Below, piece after piece: positions 7,911 through 18,600 of a DNA stretch of 64,000 bases. Each line of letters starts with the position of its first letter. Within the stretch, counting starts at the first letter, position 1. Below the pieces are notes generated by a model. That model searched no databases and had not been told where the DNA came from. It was given only the letters and a program-made list of their open reading frames with translations. A program made the translations under genes and the position numbers. Source of the stretch: an uncultured Actinomycetes bacterium (lineage in GTDB: Bacteria; Actinomycetota; UBA4738; HRBIN12); assembly GCA_963751665.1 (NCBI GenBank), contig CAVVVF010000004.1:210141-274140 (forward strand), written 5' to 3'.

Positions 7911-9364
7911 TGAGTACGGCCCGTTCCAGAGCCGAAAGGAGGCGGGCGGGGCTGAACGCCGTCGCCGCCCGCATGAGGAGGGACGACGGCTTCACGCTCA
8001 TCGAGCTGCTCATCGGGACGGTCATCCTCGGCATCATCATCGGGGCGATCGCGCAAGCCCTCATCGTGGGGTTCACCACAACGGGCGATACGTCCCAGCG
8101 CTTCTCCGAGAGCCATGACGCCCAGATCAGCTCCGCTTACCTGGCCAACGACGTCCAGAGCGCGAAGACGGTCTCGGTCGCGGCGGGCGGCTCGAGCTGC
8201 GCCTCGGCGACGAATCTGGTCGACTTGACCTACTCGGACGGGAAGGTCGCCTCCTATTCCTGCGGGCCGTCCGGGGGTGAGACGAGGGTGACGCGTACCT
8301 TCGATGGAACCACGGTCGTGCTGGCCCACTTCGCCGGGGTCGGCAAGCCTACCGTGACGTGCAGCCCGAGCTGCGGCACGTCCACGCCGGTCCGCGTCGA
8401 CATCGCGTTCACCGAGGCGAGCGGCTACAGCTTCACGCTGGCAGGCTCGCAGAGGCTCACGAAGCCGAGCTCGCCGCCGCCGCCGCCGGGAGGGGGGGCG
8501 ACCGCGGACGTGACCCTCTTCGTGCTTCCCGGGGTCGGTGGCTCGAACACCCCGCTCTGGGTATCAGGGGGCTGCCCACCCGGGCAGATCGACAACCCCG
8601 GCAACCCCAACAACGACTGCACGTCCGATTCGGAGCAGGGTCCCCTCACGCGCCCGCACCTCACGGTCAGGGGGAACCTGTACGTCAACTCGCCCGTGAA
8701 CGGCGCGGTCCGGCTCTCCGGGATGAAGAGCCAGGAGAAGCTCGCGGTATCCGACGGCGGCGATTTCAAGATCCTGCAGGGAGGGACGTGTCAGGGCTGC
8801 ACCCCGCAGACCGTCACCTGCCCCGCGTGCTCGACCTTCCCGTACGGGTCGTACTCGCCGGCCCTGCTCGACCCGTTGCGGTTCATGGCTCCTCCACCTC
8901 AAAGCGGCCCCGGGATCTACGTCCACACGGGCACGTTCAACATCTCGGGCAACACGAGCCTTCCCGCGGGGATCCACATCCTGAAGGCCGGGATGAACGT
9001 GAACGGGAACGCGAACGTCAGCGTGAGCGGGACCGGCGGGATCATGTTCTACAACGAGTCGGGCTCGATCAGCTTCGCCGGTGGGTCGCGGTTCAACCTC
9101 CCAGCCTACGATGCGGCCCCGTACAAGAACATCCTGATCTTCCAGGCCCGCACGAACACGAACGACCTCAGCCTGAGCGGCGGAACGAACGTTGCATCCA
9201 AGTTGGGGGGGGTCATCTACGCGCCGAACGCCGGCCGGGTCGTGCTCGGAACGGGGGGCGCGAACCTCGAGGTGACGGCGGTCATCGCCCAGGGCATCAA
9301 GGTGATCGGCACCACGCAGGTGACGATCGGTCCCCCGGTCGCCGTTTCCATCCCCGGTCCCTGA
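7910..9364 (+). CDS. large minor pilin / pseudopilin with prepilin-type N-terminal domain and ~450-aa C-terminal domain
   Basis: ATG overlaps the pilC stop (ATGA-type coupling). Class III signal ...DDGFTLIELLIGTVILGIIIGAI. Pro-rich linker PSSPPPPPGGG and Cys cluster TCQGCTPQTVTCPAC. C-terminal GGVIYAPNAGRVVLGTGGANLEVTAVIAQGI resembles TadG-like pilus tip proteins. Confidence 0.75.
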   Translation: MSTARSRAERRRAGLNAVAARMRRDDGFTLIELLIGTVILGIIIGAIAQALIVGFTTTGDTSQRFSESHDAQISSAYLANDVQSAKTVSVAAGGSSCASATNLVDLTYSDGKVASYSCGPSGGETRVTRTFDGTTVVLAHFAGVGKPTVTCSPSCGTSTPVRVDIAFTEASGYSFTLAGSQRLTKPSSPPPPPGGGATADVTLFVLPGVGGSNTPLWVSGGCPPGQIDNPGNPNNDCTSDSEQGPLTRPHLTVRGNLYVNSPVNGAVRLSGMKSQEKLAVSDGGDFKILQGGTCQGCTPQTVTCPACSTFPYGSYSPALLDPLRFMAPPPQSGPGIYVHTGTFNISGNTSLPAGIHILKAGMNVNGNANVSVSGTGGIMFYNESGSISFAGGSRFNLPAYDAAPYKNILIFQARTNTNDLSLSGGTNVASKLGGVIYAPNAGRVVLGTGGANLEVTAVIAQGIKVIGTTQVTIGPPVAVSIPGP

Positions 9365-9369
9365 CAGTC

Positions 9370-9825
9370 ATGGGTGCCCGACGTGTGCTCGACGACGAGG
9401 CGGGCTTCTCCCTCCCGGAGGTCCTCATCACGATCGCCATCGTCGGGATCGCTTTCGCGGCGATCCTCGGCGGCATGCTGACGTCGATCGTCGTGTCGGA
9501 CGTGCACCGCAAAGAGGCCACGGCGGACGCGCTCGCGCGGAGCGCGGCCGAGCGGCTGAAGGACCAAGGCGTGGCCTACGTGAGCTGCGCCGGCTTGAAC
9601 GCCTACGACTCGGCGCTGCCCACCGCGCCGAGCTACATGGTCTCCGTGACCAGCCTCGAGGTGTGGAACGGCAACCTGACCGCCGGTGCAGCGCCCGAGC
9701 CGGTCTTCGCGCAGTCCGGCCCGGGATGCCCGGACCAGGGTGTCCAGCGCATCACTATCGTCGCCTCCGCGACCGACGGTCGGGCGACCGAGACCGTCCA
9801 GATCCTCAAGCGGCAGGGCACGTGA
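9370..9825 (+). CDS. minor pilin / pseudopilin (prepilin-type N-terminal cleavage/methylation domain)
   Basis: 151 aa with N-terminus ...DEAGFSLPEVLITIAIVGIAFAAILGG (G-F-S-L-P-E prepilin motif plus hydrophobic helix). Confidence 0.75.
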   Translation: MGARRVLDDEAGFSLPEVLITIAIVGIAFAAILGGMLTSIVVSDVHRKEATADALARSAAERLKDQGVAYVSCAGLNAYDSALPTAPSYMVSVTSLEVWNGNLTAGAAPEPVFAQSGPGCPDQGVQRITIVASATDGRATETVQILKRQGT

Positions 9826-10271
9826 TGGGCGGGTTCCGAGTGAGGCTCCGCGACGAGGACGGCCAGGCTCTCCTGCTCGCGCTCGGATTCATCCTGTTCT
9901 TCGGGCTTGTGATCCCGGCGATCCTCGGCTTCGCGGAGGCGAGCGTCCGCGCGACGACCGCCCTCCGCGAGCAGCGTAACATCGTGTACGCGGCCGACGG
10001 CGCGATGGATGGGGCGATCCAATACGGGCGCCGGAACCCCGCCGTGGGGGCCTACGGAGCCGTTCCATGCATCGCGTACTCCGCCACCCTGAACGGCAAG
10101 ACGGCCACCGTGACGTGCGTCTCGGTCGGGAGTCCGACCAGCATGGATCGCCTGGTCACGTTCACCGCGTCCGTGGACGGGGTGGCCCGCGTCCAGGCCG
10201 AAGTCGTCTTCTTCGGCTCCACGGCCACGCCGGCCCCCGTTCGTGTCATCTCCTGGACGTACCGTCGGTAG
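9825..10271 (+). CDS. pilus-associated small membrane protein (pilin-like hydrophobic N-terminus, no canonical G/FxxxE site)
   Basis: 148 aa. ATG overlaps the upstream stop (GTGATG). N-terminal helix ALLLALGFILFFGLVIPAILGF. Translational coupling to the minor pilins suggests an operon member. Family not recognised. Confidence 0.55.
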   Translation: MGGFRVRLRDEDGQALLLALGFILFFGLVIPAILGFAEASVRATTALREQRNIVYAADGAMDGAIQYGRRNPAVGAYGAVPCIAYSATLNGKTATVTCVSVGSPTSMDRLVTFTASVDGVARVQAEVVFFGSTATPAPVRVISWTYRR

Positions 10272-10504
10272 GTCGCGCTGAAGGACCGATATCCCGCCGA
10301 CGGCGGACGCGACCGACCGGGACCGAACCGTCTATTCACGGCCTCGGTCGGGGGGCGTGCCGTAGGTCAGGGCCAACGTGCGGTTCTACGACGGCACCGG
10401 TGCCGTACCCCTTCCCGTTGACGTGCTTTCCTGGACGGTTCTCGGGTAGCGGCAGCCGGCCCCGGGATCGGCGACTGTGACTGCAAGGGCTGTTGGACCA
10501 AAGA

Positions 10505-10605
10505 ATATGGGCCGAAAGACCTAGGTCTTCCGCGATTTACAAGATCCCCTTCTCGACCCACCATTCGTAGGTCAACACGACTACTGCCGGTAGGCCGACT
10601 TCCCC
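10505..10605 (+). promoter_or_regulatory. conserved module copy B upstream of pilA (perfect 14-bp palindrome AAGACCTAGGTCTT)
   Basis: Boxes: GGGCCGAAAGACCTAGGTCT 10509-10528, TTTACA 10536-10541, CACCAT 10559-10564, CGTAGGTCA 10566-10574, TACTGC 10582-10587. pilA ATG at 10739. Confidence 0.7.
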
Positions 10606-10738
10606 GCCCCAGACCAAACGGGGGAGAGGGGTCTCCCGGCGGCGGAAGGGCCGTGCAGAAGGGGGTGAACCGTCGAGAGCCGGCCAGGCATCGCGCATAC
10701 GTACTAACTGACAAGGCAATCGTCTAAGGAGGGGGTAA

Positions 10739-11164
10739 ATGAACGAGCGCGTAAGGCGCGCAAGAGAGGATCAGGGGGGTTTCACCCTGATCGAGTTGAT
10801 GATCGTGATCATCATCCTCGGCGTCCTGGCCGGGATCGTGATCTTCTCTGTCCGGGGAATCACGGACCGAGGCAATGTGGCGGCCTGCAAGGCCGACCTC
10901 AGTGCCATCACGACGGCGGTCGAAGCGTATCGCACGCAGAATCCAGGCTTCCCGCCTGACCTCGTGCCGAGCCTGACCTCAGGTACCAACGTGTTCCTCC
11001 GTTGGGATTCCGGCTTCACGGGGACTACCGCTGCCGATGGCCCGGCCGGGTCGACCAGCTCTGTGCATGTCGGGGGGTCGGGGACCACCACGTGGACGAT
11101 CACCTATCACCCGGTCGCGGGGACCGGTTTCGCTGCCGGAGACGTCACGACGACCGACTGTTAG
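10739..11164 (+). CDS. pilA: type IV major pilin
   Basis: Intact 141-aa ORF with strong RBS AAGGAGGGGG. Class III signal ...EDQGGFTLIELMIVIIILGVLAGIVIF, a C-terminal Cys and a Gly/Thr/Ser-rich surface region. Confidence 0.85.
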   Translation: MNERVRRAREDQGGFTLIELMIVIIILGVLAGIVIFSVRGITDRGNVAACKADLSAITTAVEAYRTQNPGFPPDLVPSLTSGTNVFLRWDSGFTGTTAADGPAGSTSSVHVGGSGTTTWTITYHPVAGTGFAAGDVTTTDC

Positions 11165-11200
11165 TACGCCTCGGGCAGGTCAGTAAGGAGCCAAACGTGG

Positions 11201-11231
11201 GAGCCCGGCGACCAACCGGGCTCTCACTCTT
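11201..11231. terminator. bidirectional intrinsic-terminator-like hairpin between convergent pilA and pilT
   Basis: GAGCCCGG (11201-11208) - CGACCAA - CCGGGCTC (11216-11223), followed by TCACTCTTTAT. Confidence 0.5.
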
Positions 11232-12331
11232 TATGGGGTCGCTGCCGGCTGGACACCATGCCCCGCGGGAGGCTTCGCGACCTCCTTGGGGTAGATGCTC
11301 CTCGCCACGGCCTCCTCGTAGGTGACCACGCCCCGGGTCACCAGGGCGGACAGGGCCATCTCCAGGGTCTGCATCTGGTCCTGGACACCGGTGGCCACCA
11401 CGTTTCGGATCTGGTGGCTCTTGCCGCCCCTGATCAGGTTCCGCACCGGGTGGGTGGCGACCAGGACCTCGAACGCCGCGACCTGTCCGCCGCCGATCCT
11501 GGGGAGGAGCTGCTGGTAGAGGACTCCCACCAGCGTGTTGGCGAGCTGCACCCGGATCTGGTTCTGGCTCTCCTGGGGGAAGACGTCCACGATCCTGTCC
11601 ATGGCCTGCGCCGTGTCGTTCGTGTGAAGCGTGGCGAAGACCAGGTGGCCCGTCTCGGCCAGGCTGAGGGTGGTCTGGATCGTCTCGAGGTCCCGCATCT
11701 CCCCCACCAGGAGCACGTCGGGGTCCGCCCGGAGTGCCGAGCGGAGGGCTCGCGGGAACGAGACCGTGTCCTGGCCCACCTCCCGTTGGTTCACGGCGGC
11801 CTTCTTGTGCTTATGGACGTACTCGATGGGGTCCTCGATGGTGATGATGTGGCAGGCCCGGTGGTTGTTGATGTAGTCGATCATCGAAGCGAGGGTCGTC
11901 GACTTCCCGGCCCCGGTCGGACCGGTCACGAGCACGAAGCCCTGCCGGATCGTGACGAACCGCTCGATGATCGGCGGCAGGCCGAGGTCCTCGAACGAGG
12001 GGATCTCGAACGGGATCAACCGGAGCGCGAGGCCCATCGAGCCGCGCTGGACGAACGCGTTCGCTCGGAACCGCGCCTTCCCTTCCCAGTTGAAGGAGAA
12101 GTCCACGTCGAGTAAGGCGCGGTAGTCCTCATGGAGCTTCTCGGGCAGGACGGTGAGGACGATCTTCTCGACATCCTCGGGCGTGAGCCGGGCCGACCCG
12201 TTCGCGGGGCGGGGAGTGCCGTCCACCCGAAGGAGCGGCGGAGCTCCTGCGGTCACCAGGAGGTCGGTCCCGTGGAGGTCCCACAGCTCCTGGAGGTAGG
12301 GGTCGATCGGCGTCGTCGTCGTGGTGGCCAT
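11231..12331 (-). CDS. pilT: type IV pilus retraction ATPase PilT
   Basis: Intact 366-aa ORF with Walker A GPTGAGKSTT, a PilT-type core (...HIITIEDPIEYVH...LLVGEMRDLETI...TGHLVFATLHTNDTAQA) and AHPVRNLIRGGK-like motif. Confidence 0.9.
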   Translation of the reverse strand: MATTTTTPIDPYLQELWDLHGTDLLVTAGAPPLLRVDGTPRPANGSARLTPEDVEKIVLTVLPEKLHEDYRALLDVDFSFNWEGKARFRANAFVQRGSMGLALRLIPFEIPSFEDLGLPPIIERFVTIRQGFVLVTGPTGAGKSTTLASMIDYINNHRACHIITIEDPIEYVHKHKKAAVNQREVGQDTVSFPRALRSALRADPDVLLVGEMRDLETIQTTLSLAETGHLVFATLHTNDTAQAMDRIVDVFPQESQNQIRVQLANTLVGVLYQQLLPRIGGGQVAAFEVLVATHPVRNLIRGGKSHQIRNVVATGVQDQMQTLEMALSALVTRGVVTYEEAVARSIYPKEVAKPPAGHGVQPAATP

Positions 12332-12435
12332 GGGCGAAGTATGCCAGGGGGGGCAAGTGCCTCGGAGGTGGCCCGCCGCCCATCGTTGTGCCTAGAGCGA
12401 CTTGCCGCCGATGGAGGGGACGAGGGGCCCCGGGG

Positions 12436-12535
12436 AAGATAGGTCTAAAGACCTAGGCCTCCAGCTATTGCTAGACAGTGCTCCACGGACGACCATACGT
12501 AGGTCACTGGGCCTACTGCTCGTAGGTGGGCTCCT
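12436..12535 (+). promoter_or_regulatory. conserved module copy C upstream of the giant S8/DUF11 surface-protein gene (divergent from pilT)
   Basis: Boxes: AGGTCTAAAGACCTAGGCCT 12441-12460, TTGCTA 12468-12473, GACCAT 12491-12496, CGTAGGTCA 12498-12506, TACTGC 12514-12519. Gene ATG at 12618. Confidence 0.7.
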
Positions 12536-12617
12536 TTGTCTTGGGCACTGATCGGGGGACAAGGGGCCACGGGGGCGCGGCAAGTGGCGCTCGCTTCATT
12601 TGAGAGAGGGAGAAGGT

Positions 12618-15600
12618 ATGAGAGGGGCTCGAAACAGACGCCGAGAGCGGGAACTCCTTCTAGCAAAGGTCACGAGGGTCCTCGGCCCTCTTCCTCAGAG
12701 GGCATGGCGCCTGCGAACGACACACAAGACGCTGATCGTTTTCGTCATCCTCGGCATGATCGTCTCGATCGTCGGGCCCGTAGCTTTCGCAGACGACACT
12801 GCACCGGACGCGACGCCGACCGAGAGTCCTTCTCCGCCACCGACCGACACACCCGCACCGTCGCCAACCGATAGTCCGAGTCCTTCCCCAACCGACACCG
12901 CCAGTCCCTCTCCAGCCGATAGCCCTTCGCCGACCGACAGCCCTTCGCCGTCCGATACCGCGAGTCCTTCTCCTTCTCAAACCCCCAGTGCTTCTCCGAC
13001 CCCGTACTCCGGTCCGACCGCGAGCATCATCGTTCAGACGGTCCCGGGGCTGACCAAGCCACAGCAGGCCGACGTGATCGCCAGGGACGGGGGCGTGGAG
13101 AGTTCGTCGATCCCGGTCCTCCGGCTGCACGTGGTGGACGTGCCCGCAGGCGAGGTGAGCTCGTACGCCGACGCGTACGCGGCCGACCCCGACGTGGCAA
13201 GCGTTGACCGGGACCGGACGCGAGACGCTGAGGCGACCCCTTCCGACCCGGCGTACGGAGACCAGTGGTCGCTGCCGCAGATCGGCTGGGACCAGGTCTA
13301 CGGGTCGGTACAGCCGACCGGGTTCGCGACGCTCGCCGTCCTCGACACCGGCGTCGACGCCGATCTCGGATCTCCGGGCCGGTTCGTCACCGGATGGTCA
13401 GCATTCGGGACCGATCCGAAGAGCGACCCGAACGGCCACGGCACCTGGCTGGCTCGAGCATCGCCGCGGCCGACACCGACAACGCGAACGGGCATCGCCG
13501 GCGTCGCGTACGACGGCGTGAAGGTCATGCCGGTCACAGGTCCTCGGACGCGAGCGGCCAGGGCCAGGACAGCGACATCATCAAGGGCCTCGTCTGGGCC
13601 GTGGACCACGGCGCGAACGTCGTGCTGATGGGCTTCAGCAACCCAGGCTTCAGCGACGCCCTGCAGGCCGCGGTCGACTACGCGTGGGCGCAGGGCGTCG
13701 TGCTCGTGGCCGCGACCGGCAACGACGGTGTCGTCGACACCCACCTACCCGGCCGGCGACGCCGGGGTCGTCGGCGTGTCGGCGACCGACCAGACCGACG
13801 CGCTGTGGAGTGGCAGCAACTACGGCGCGGACGCGTTCCTCGCGGCCCCCGGCGTCGGCGATCCCGACCGACGACGTCGGCGGCGGGACGACGAGCTGAC
13901 GGGAACCTCGGCCGCCGCCGCGCACGTCGCGGCAGCCGCCGCGCTGATGCGGGCCGTCGACCCGAGCGCCTCGAACGGCGTCATCGTCGGCCGCCTGGCC
14001 CGGAACGCCGATCCGGCCGGCACGGCAGACCAGACCGGCAACGGCCGCCTGAACCTCGCCCGCGCGATCGCCGACACGTCGACGCGATCCGGTCAGTCCC
14101 GCACGGGGCCCCCGGCGGCGGCCCGCTCGTCGGGCCGTATGTCGCGGGTCTGACTGGTGCCTACACGTTCAAGCTGACGGGCGCCGATCCATCCAAGTAC
14201 ACGATTAAGCCTCCTTCCCAGCAGCCGTGCCCGACACCGGCGAACGCCATCGGCACCGGCACGGCGAGCAACCCGATCCCTGGCGCGGACTGGTCGACGG
14301 GTCTCACCTCGCTTGCTCCGGAAAGGCTGGGCTGGGGCCAGGTCGTGCCGCTCGAGGTGCAGGTGACGGTAAACGGGAACACCACGCCCGAGAACGGCGT
14401 GGTCGCGTTCACCATGGATCTGGCCGGACGCACGTCCGGCGGCACCGACAAGAACTTCGGTTTCGACCCCGCATACGGTATCTACTGTGCGTTTGTAGAC
14501 ACGGGTGACGGCTCTTCGGTCGATCCGGGGGCGGATGCGAGGGTCGATTCCTACCGATTCCGTCGTGAGTCCAAATACGGACAATGAGAAGACGACAGGC
14601 ACCATCCAGCTCTCCGGTCTGAACAGTGGCGACACCGTCATCGTTGAGGTGTGGGGGGTCCTCAAGACCTCGGCTCCCCACTGCGAACGGGAACGTCCAG
14701 GTCGGCATGGTGAACTTCACGACGTGCGTGACGACGAATCCCTGTGCGGGCAGCACCGGCAGTATCGGCAACCAGACGATCGCGATCAAGAACGTTCAGG
14801 TTTTCTTCAGCCAGGCCTCTGCCGACGTCTCGGTCACGAAGAGCGATAGCCCCGACCCGGTCGTGCTCAACGGAACGCTCACGTACACGATTACCGTCAA
14901 GAACAACAACAGCACGGCTGACGAGAATCGTCGCCAACGGCGTCGCGATCCTCGACACCATCGATCCGCAGACCACATTCGTTCCTCCCGATCCGGGCAA
15001 TCCGAGTACGACTTCGAGCCCCGGCTGCACGCTCTCGTCGGGCGTGGTCACCTGTTCGATTGGGTTCCTGAGCGCCCAGCAGACCGTCACCCGAACGATG
15101 CGTGACACCGTCAAACCGACCGCACCCACCGCGGGAACGGTTCAGGACCGGGACCTGCGTGGCAAGTGGCAACCGGCCGTGCGACCTCTCGCAACAAAGT
15201 GAGCCTGCGATACGGCGGGTTCGAGCGGGCCACGCACTCCGGATCCGAACAGCGCCAACGACAGTCGACTCGAGCCCACGAACGTCCTTCCGACGGCCGA
15301 CCTGGCGATCACGAAGAGACGACGACCACGATCGCCGACAGGGGAAGCACTCTCACCTACACGATAACGATCACCAATATCGGCCCGAGCAGGGGACCGG
15401 TGGCGACCGTCAGCGACACGTTCGATTCGACAAAGTTTTCGAGCGAGTCTTGGAGCTGCTCGGTGTCACCTGGGCCGCGGGCAACTTTGCGGGACGCCAG
15501 CCTCCGGCAACACCGGGAACATACAACCGCGCGATCAACCTGAATAGCGGCGCCGCGCGACATCCACAGTCACGGCTGTTGTCAGCGCGACGGCGACCGG

Positions 15601-18600
15601 AACGATCTCAAACACCGCCGGCGTTCAGGTTCCGGCCGGGACTACCGACTCGGACACTAGCAATAAAGACAACGCCACCGCCAACACGCCGGTTCGCACC
15701 ACCAAGCTCGCGGTTACGAAGAGCGACAGCCCTGACCCTGTGAGCCCCGGCGGTACTCTGACCTGACGATCGAGGTCACGAACAACGGACCCCACGCCGT
15801 GACGAACGCCTCGAGTAACCGATTCGTTCGACACGACGAAGCTTCTCCACTATCAGTTGGACCTGCGTTGTCTCCCCGGTCGCCGCGGGCAACAGCTGCG
15901 GTGCGGCGAGCGGCGGTGGCGAAAAGAGCAACACAGACGGTCAGTCTGAATAAGGACGCGAAGGCGACATATACCGTCACGGCCACGGTCCTTTCGAGTG
16001 CGACCGGCACCATCTCGAATACAGCATCCGTGACTGCTCCGGCAACGACCGACGACAATGTCAGTGGCAACAACAGCGCGACTGCCACGACAGAAGTGAC
16101 CGCCTCGGCCGACCTGTCGATCGACAAGAAGGACTCGGCCGACCCCGTGGCGGCCGGGCACGAACTTCAGCTACACCCTCGACGTCTCGAACGGCGGGCC
16201 CTGGGCGCCCACAACGTCAAGGTCGTGGACACCCTGCCGGCCGGCGTCACGTTCGTCTCGGCCTCGGGCGGGGCCACCTGGTCCTGCGCCTACAGCATCA
16301 TCACCAACAAGGTCACCTGCGACCTGACCGGGACCCTCGCCTCCGGCGCCTCGGCCGCCACGATCACCGTCACGGTGAAGGCCCCGAACAGCCCGAGGTC
16401 CTGTCCAACTCGGCCACCGTGTCCTCCACGACGAGCGACCCGGTGGCCGCCAACAACACCGACACCGAGACCACCACGGTCAACGCCTCGGCCGACCTGT
16501 CGATCGACAAGAAGGACTCGGCCGACCCCGTGGGCGGGTCCGGCACGAACTTCAGCTACACCCTCGACGAGCTCAAACGGCGGGCGCCTCGGGTTAGCCG
16601 ACACAACGTCAAGGTCGTGGACACCCTGCCGGCCGGCGTCACGTTCGTCTCGGCCTCGGGCGGGGCCGCCTGGTCCTGCGCCTACAGCATCATCACCAAC
16701 AAGGTCACCTGCGACCTGACCGGGACCCTCGCCTCCGGCGCCTCGGCCGCCACGATCACCGTCACGGTGAAGGCCCCGAACGAGCCCGAGGTCCTGTCCA
16801 ACTCGGCCACCTGGTCCTCCACGACGAGCGACCCGGTGGCCGCCAGCACAACACCGACACCGAGACCACCACGGTCAACGCCTCGGCCGACCTGTCGATC
16901 GACAAGAAGGACTCGGCCGACCCGTGGCGGCCGGCACGAACTTCAGCTACACCCTCGACGTCTCAAACGGCGGGCCCTCGGGCGCCCACAACGTCAAGGT
17001 CGTGGACACCCTGCCGGCCGGCGTCACGTTCGTCTCGGCCTCGGGCGGGGCCACCTGGTCCTGCGCCTACAGCATCATCACCAAGCAAGGTCACCTACGA
17101 CCTGACCGGGACCCTCGCCTCCGGCGCCTTCGGCCGCCACGATCACCGTCACGGTGAAGGCCCCGAACGAGCCCGAGGTCCTGTCCAACTCGGCCACCGT
17201 GTCCTCCACGACGAGCGACCCGGTGGCCGCCAACAACACCGACACCGAGACGACCACGGTCAACGCCTCGGCCGACCTGTCGATCGACAAGAAGGCGCGG
17301 CCGACCCCGTGCGGCCGGCACGAACTTCAGCTACACCCTCGACGTCTCAAACGGCGGGCCCTCGGGCGCCCACAACGTCAAGGTCGTGGACACCCTGCCG
17401 GCCGGCGTCACGTTCGTCTCGGCCTCGGCGGGGCCACCTGGTCCTGCGCCCCCCAGCGCTCATCACCGACAAGGTCACCTGCGACCTGACCGGGACCTCG
17501 CCTCCGGCGCCTCGGCCGCCACGATCACCGTCACGGTGAAGGCCCCGAACGAGCCCGAGGTCCTGTCCAACTCGGCCACCGTGTCCTCCACGACGAGCGA
17601 CCCGGTGGCCGCCAACAACACCGACACCGAGGCCACCACGGTCAACGCCTCGGCCGACCTGTCGATCGACAAGACAGGACTCGGCCGACCCCGTGGCGGC
17701 CGGCACGAACTTCAGCTACACCCTCGACGTCTCAAACGGCGGGCCCTCGGGCGCCCACAACGTCAAGGTCGTGGACACCCTGCCGGCCGGCGTCACGTTC
17801 GTCTCGGCCTCGGGCGGGGCCACCTGGTCCTGCGCCTACAGCATCATCACCAACAAGGTCACCTGCGACCTCGACCGGGACCCTCGCCTCCGGCGCCTCG
17901 GCCGCCACGATCACCGTCACGGTGAAGGCCCCGAACGAGCCCGAGGTCCTGTCCAACTCGGCCACCGTGTCCTCCACGACGAGCGACCCGGTGGCCGCCA
18001 ACAACACCGACACCGAGGCCACCACGGTCAACCGCCTCGGCCGACCTGTCGATCGACAAGAAGGACTGCGGCCGACCCCGTGCCGGCCGGCACGAACTTC
18101 AGCTACACCCTCGACGTCGCAAACGGCGGGCCCTCGGGCGCCCACAACGTCAAGGTCGTGGACACCCTGCCGGCCGGCGTCACGTTCGTCTCGGCCTCGG
18201 GCGGGGCCACCTGGTCCTGCGCCTACAGCATCATCACCAACAAGGTCACCTGCGACCTGACCGGGACCCTCGCCTCCGGCGCCTCGGCCGCCACGATCAC
18301 CGTCACGGTGAAGGCCCCGAACGAGCCCGAGGTCCTGTCCAACTCGGCCACCGTGTCCTCCACGACGAGCGACCCGGTGGCCGCCAACAACACCGACACC
18401 GAGGCCACCACGGTCAACGCCTCGGCCGACCTGTCGATCGACAAGAAGGACTCGGCCGACCCCGTGGCGGCCGGCACGAACTTCAGCTACACCCTCGACG
18501 TCGCAAACGGCGGGCCCTCGGGCGCCCACAACGTCAAGGTCGTGGACACCCTGCCGGCCGGCGTCACGTTCGTCTCGGCCTCGGGCGGGGCCACCTGGTC

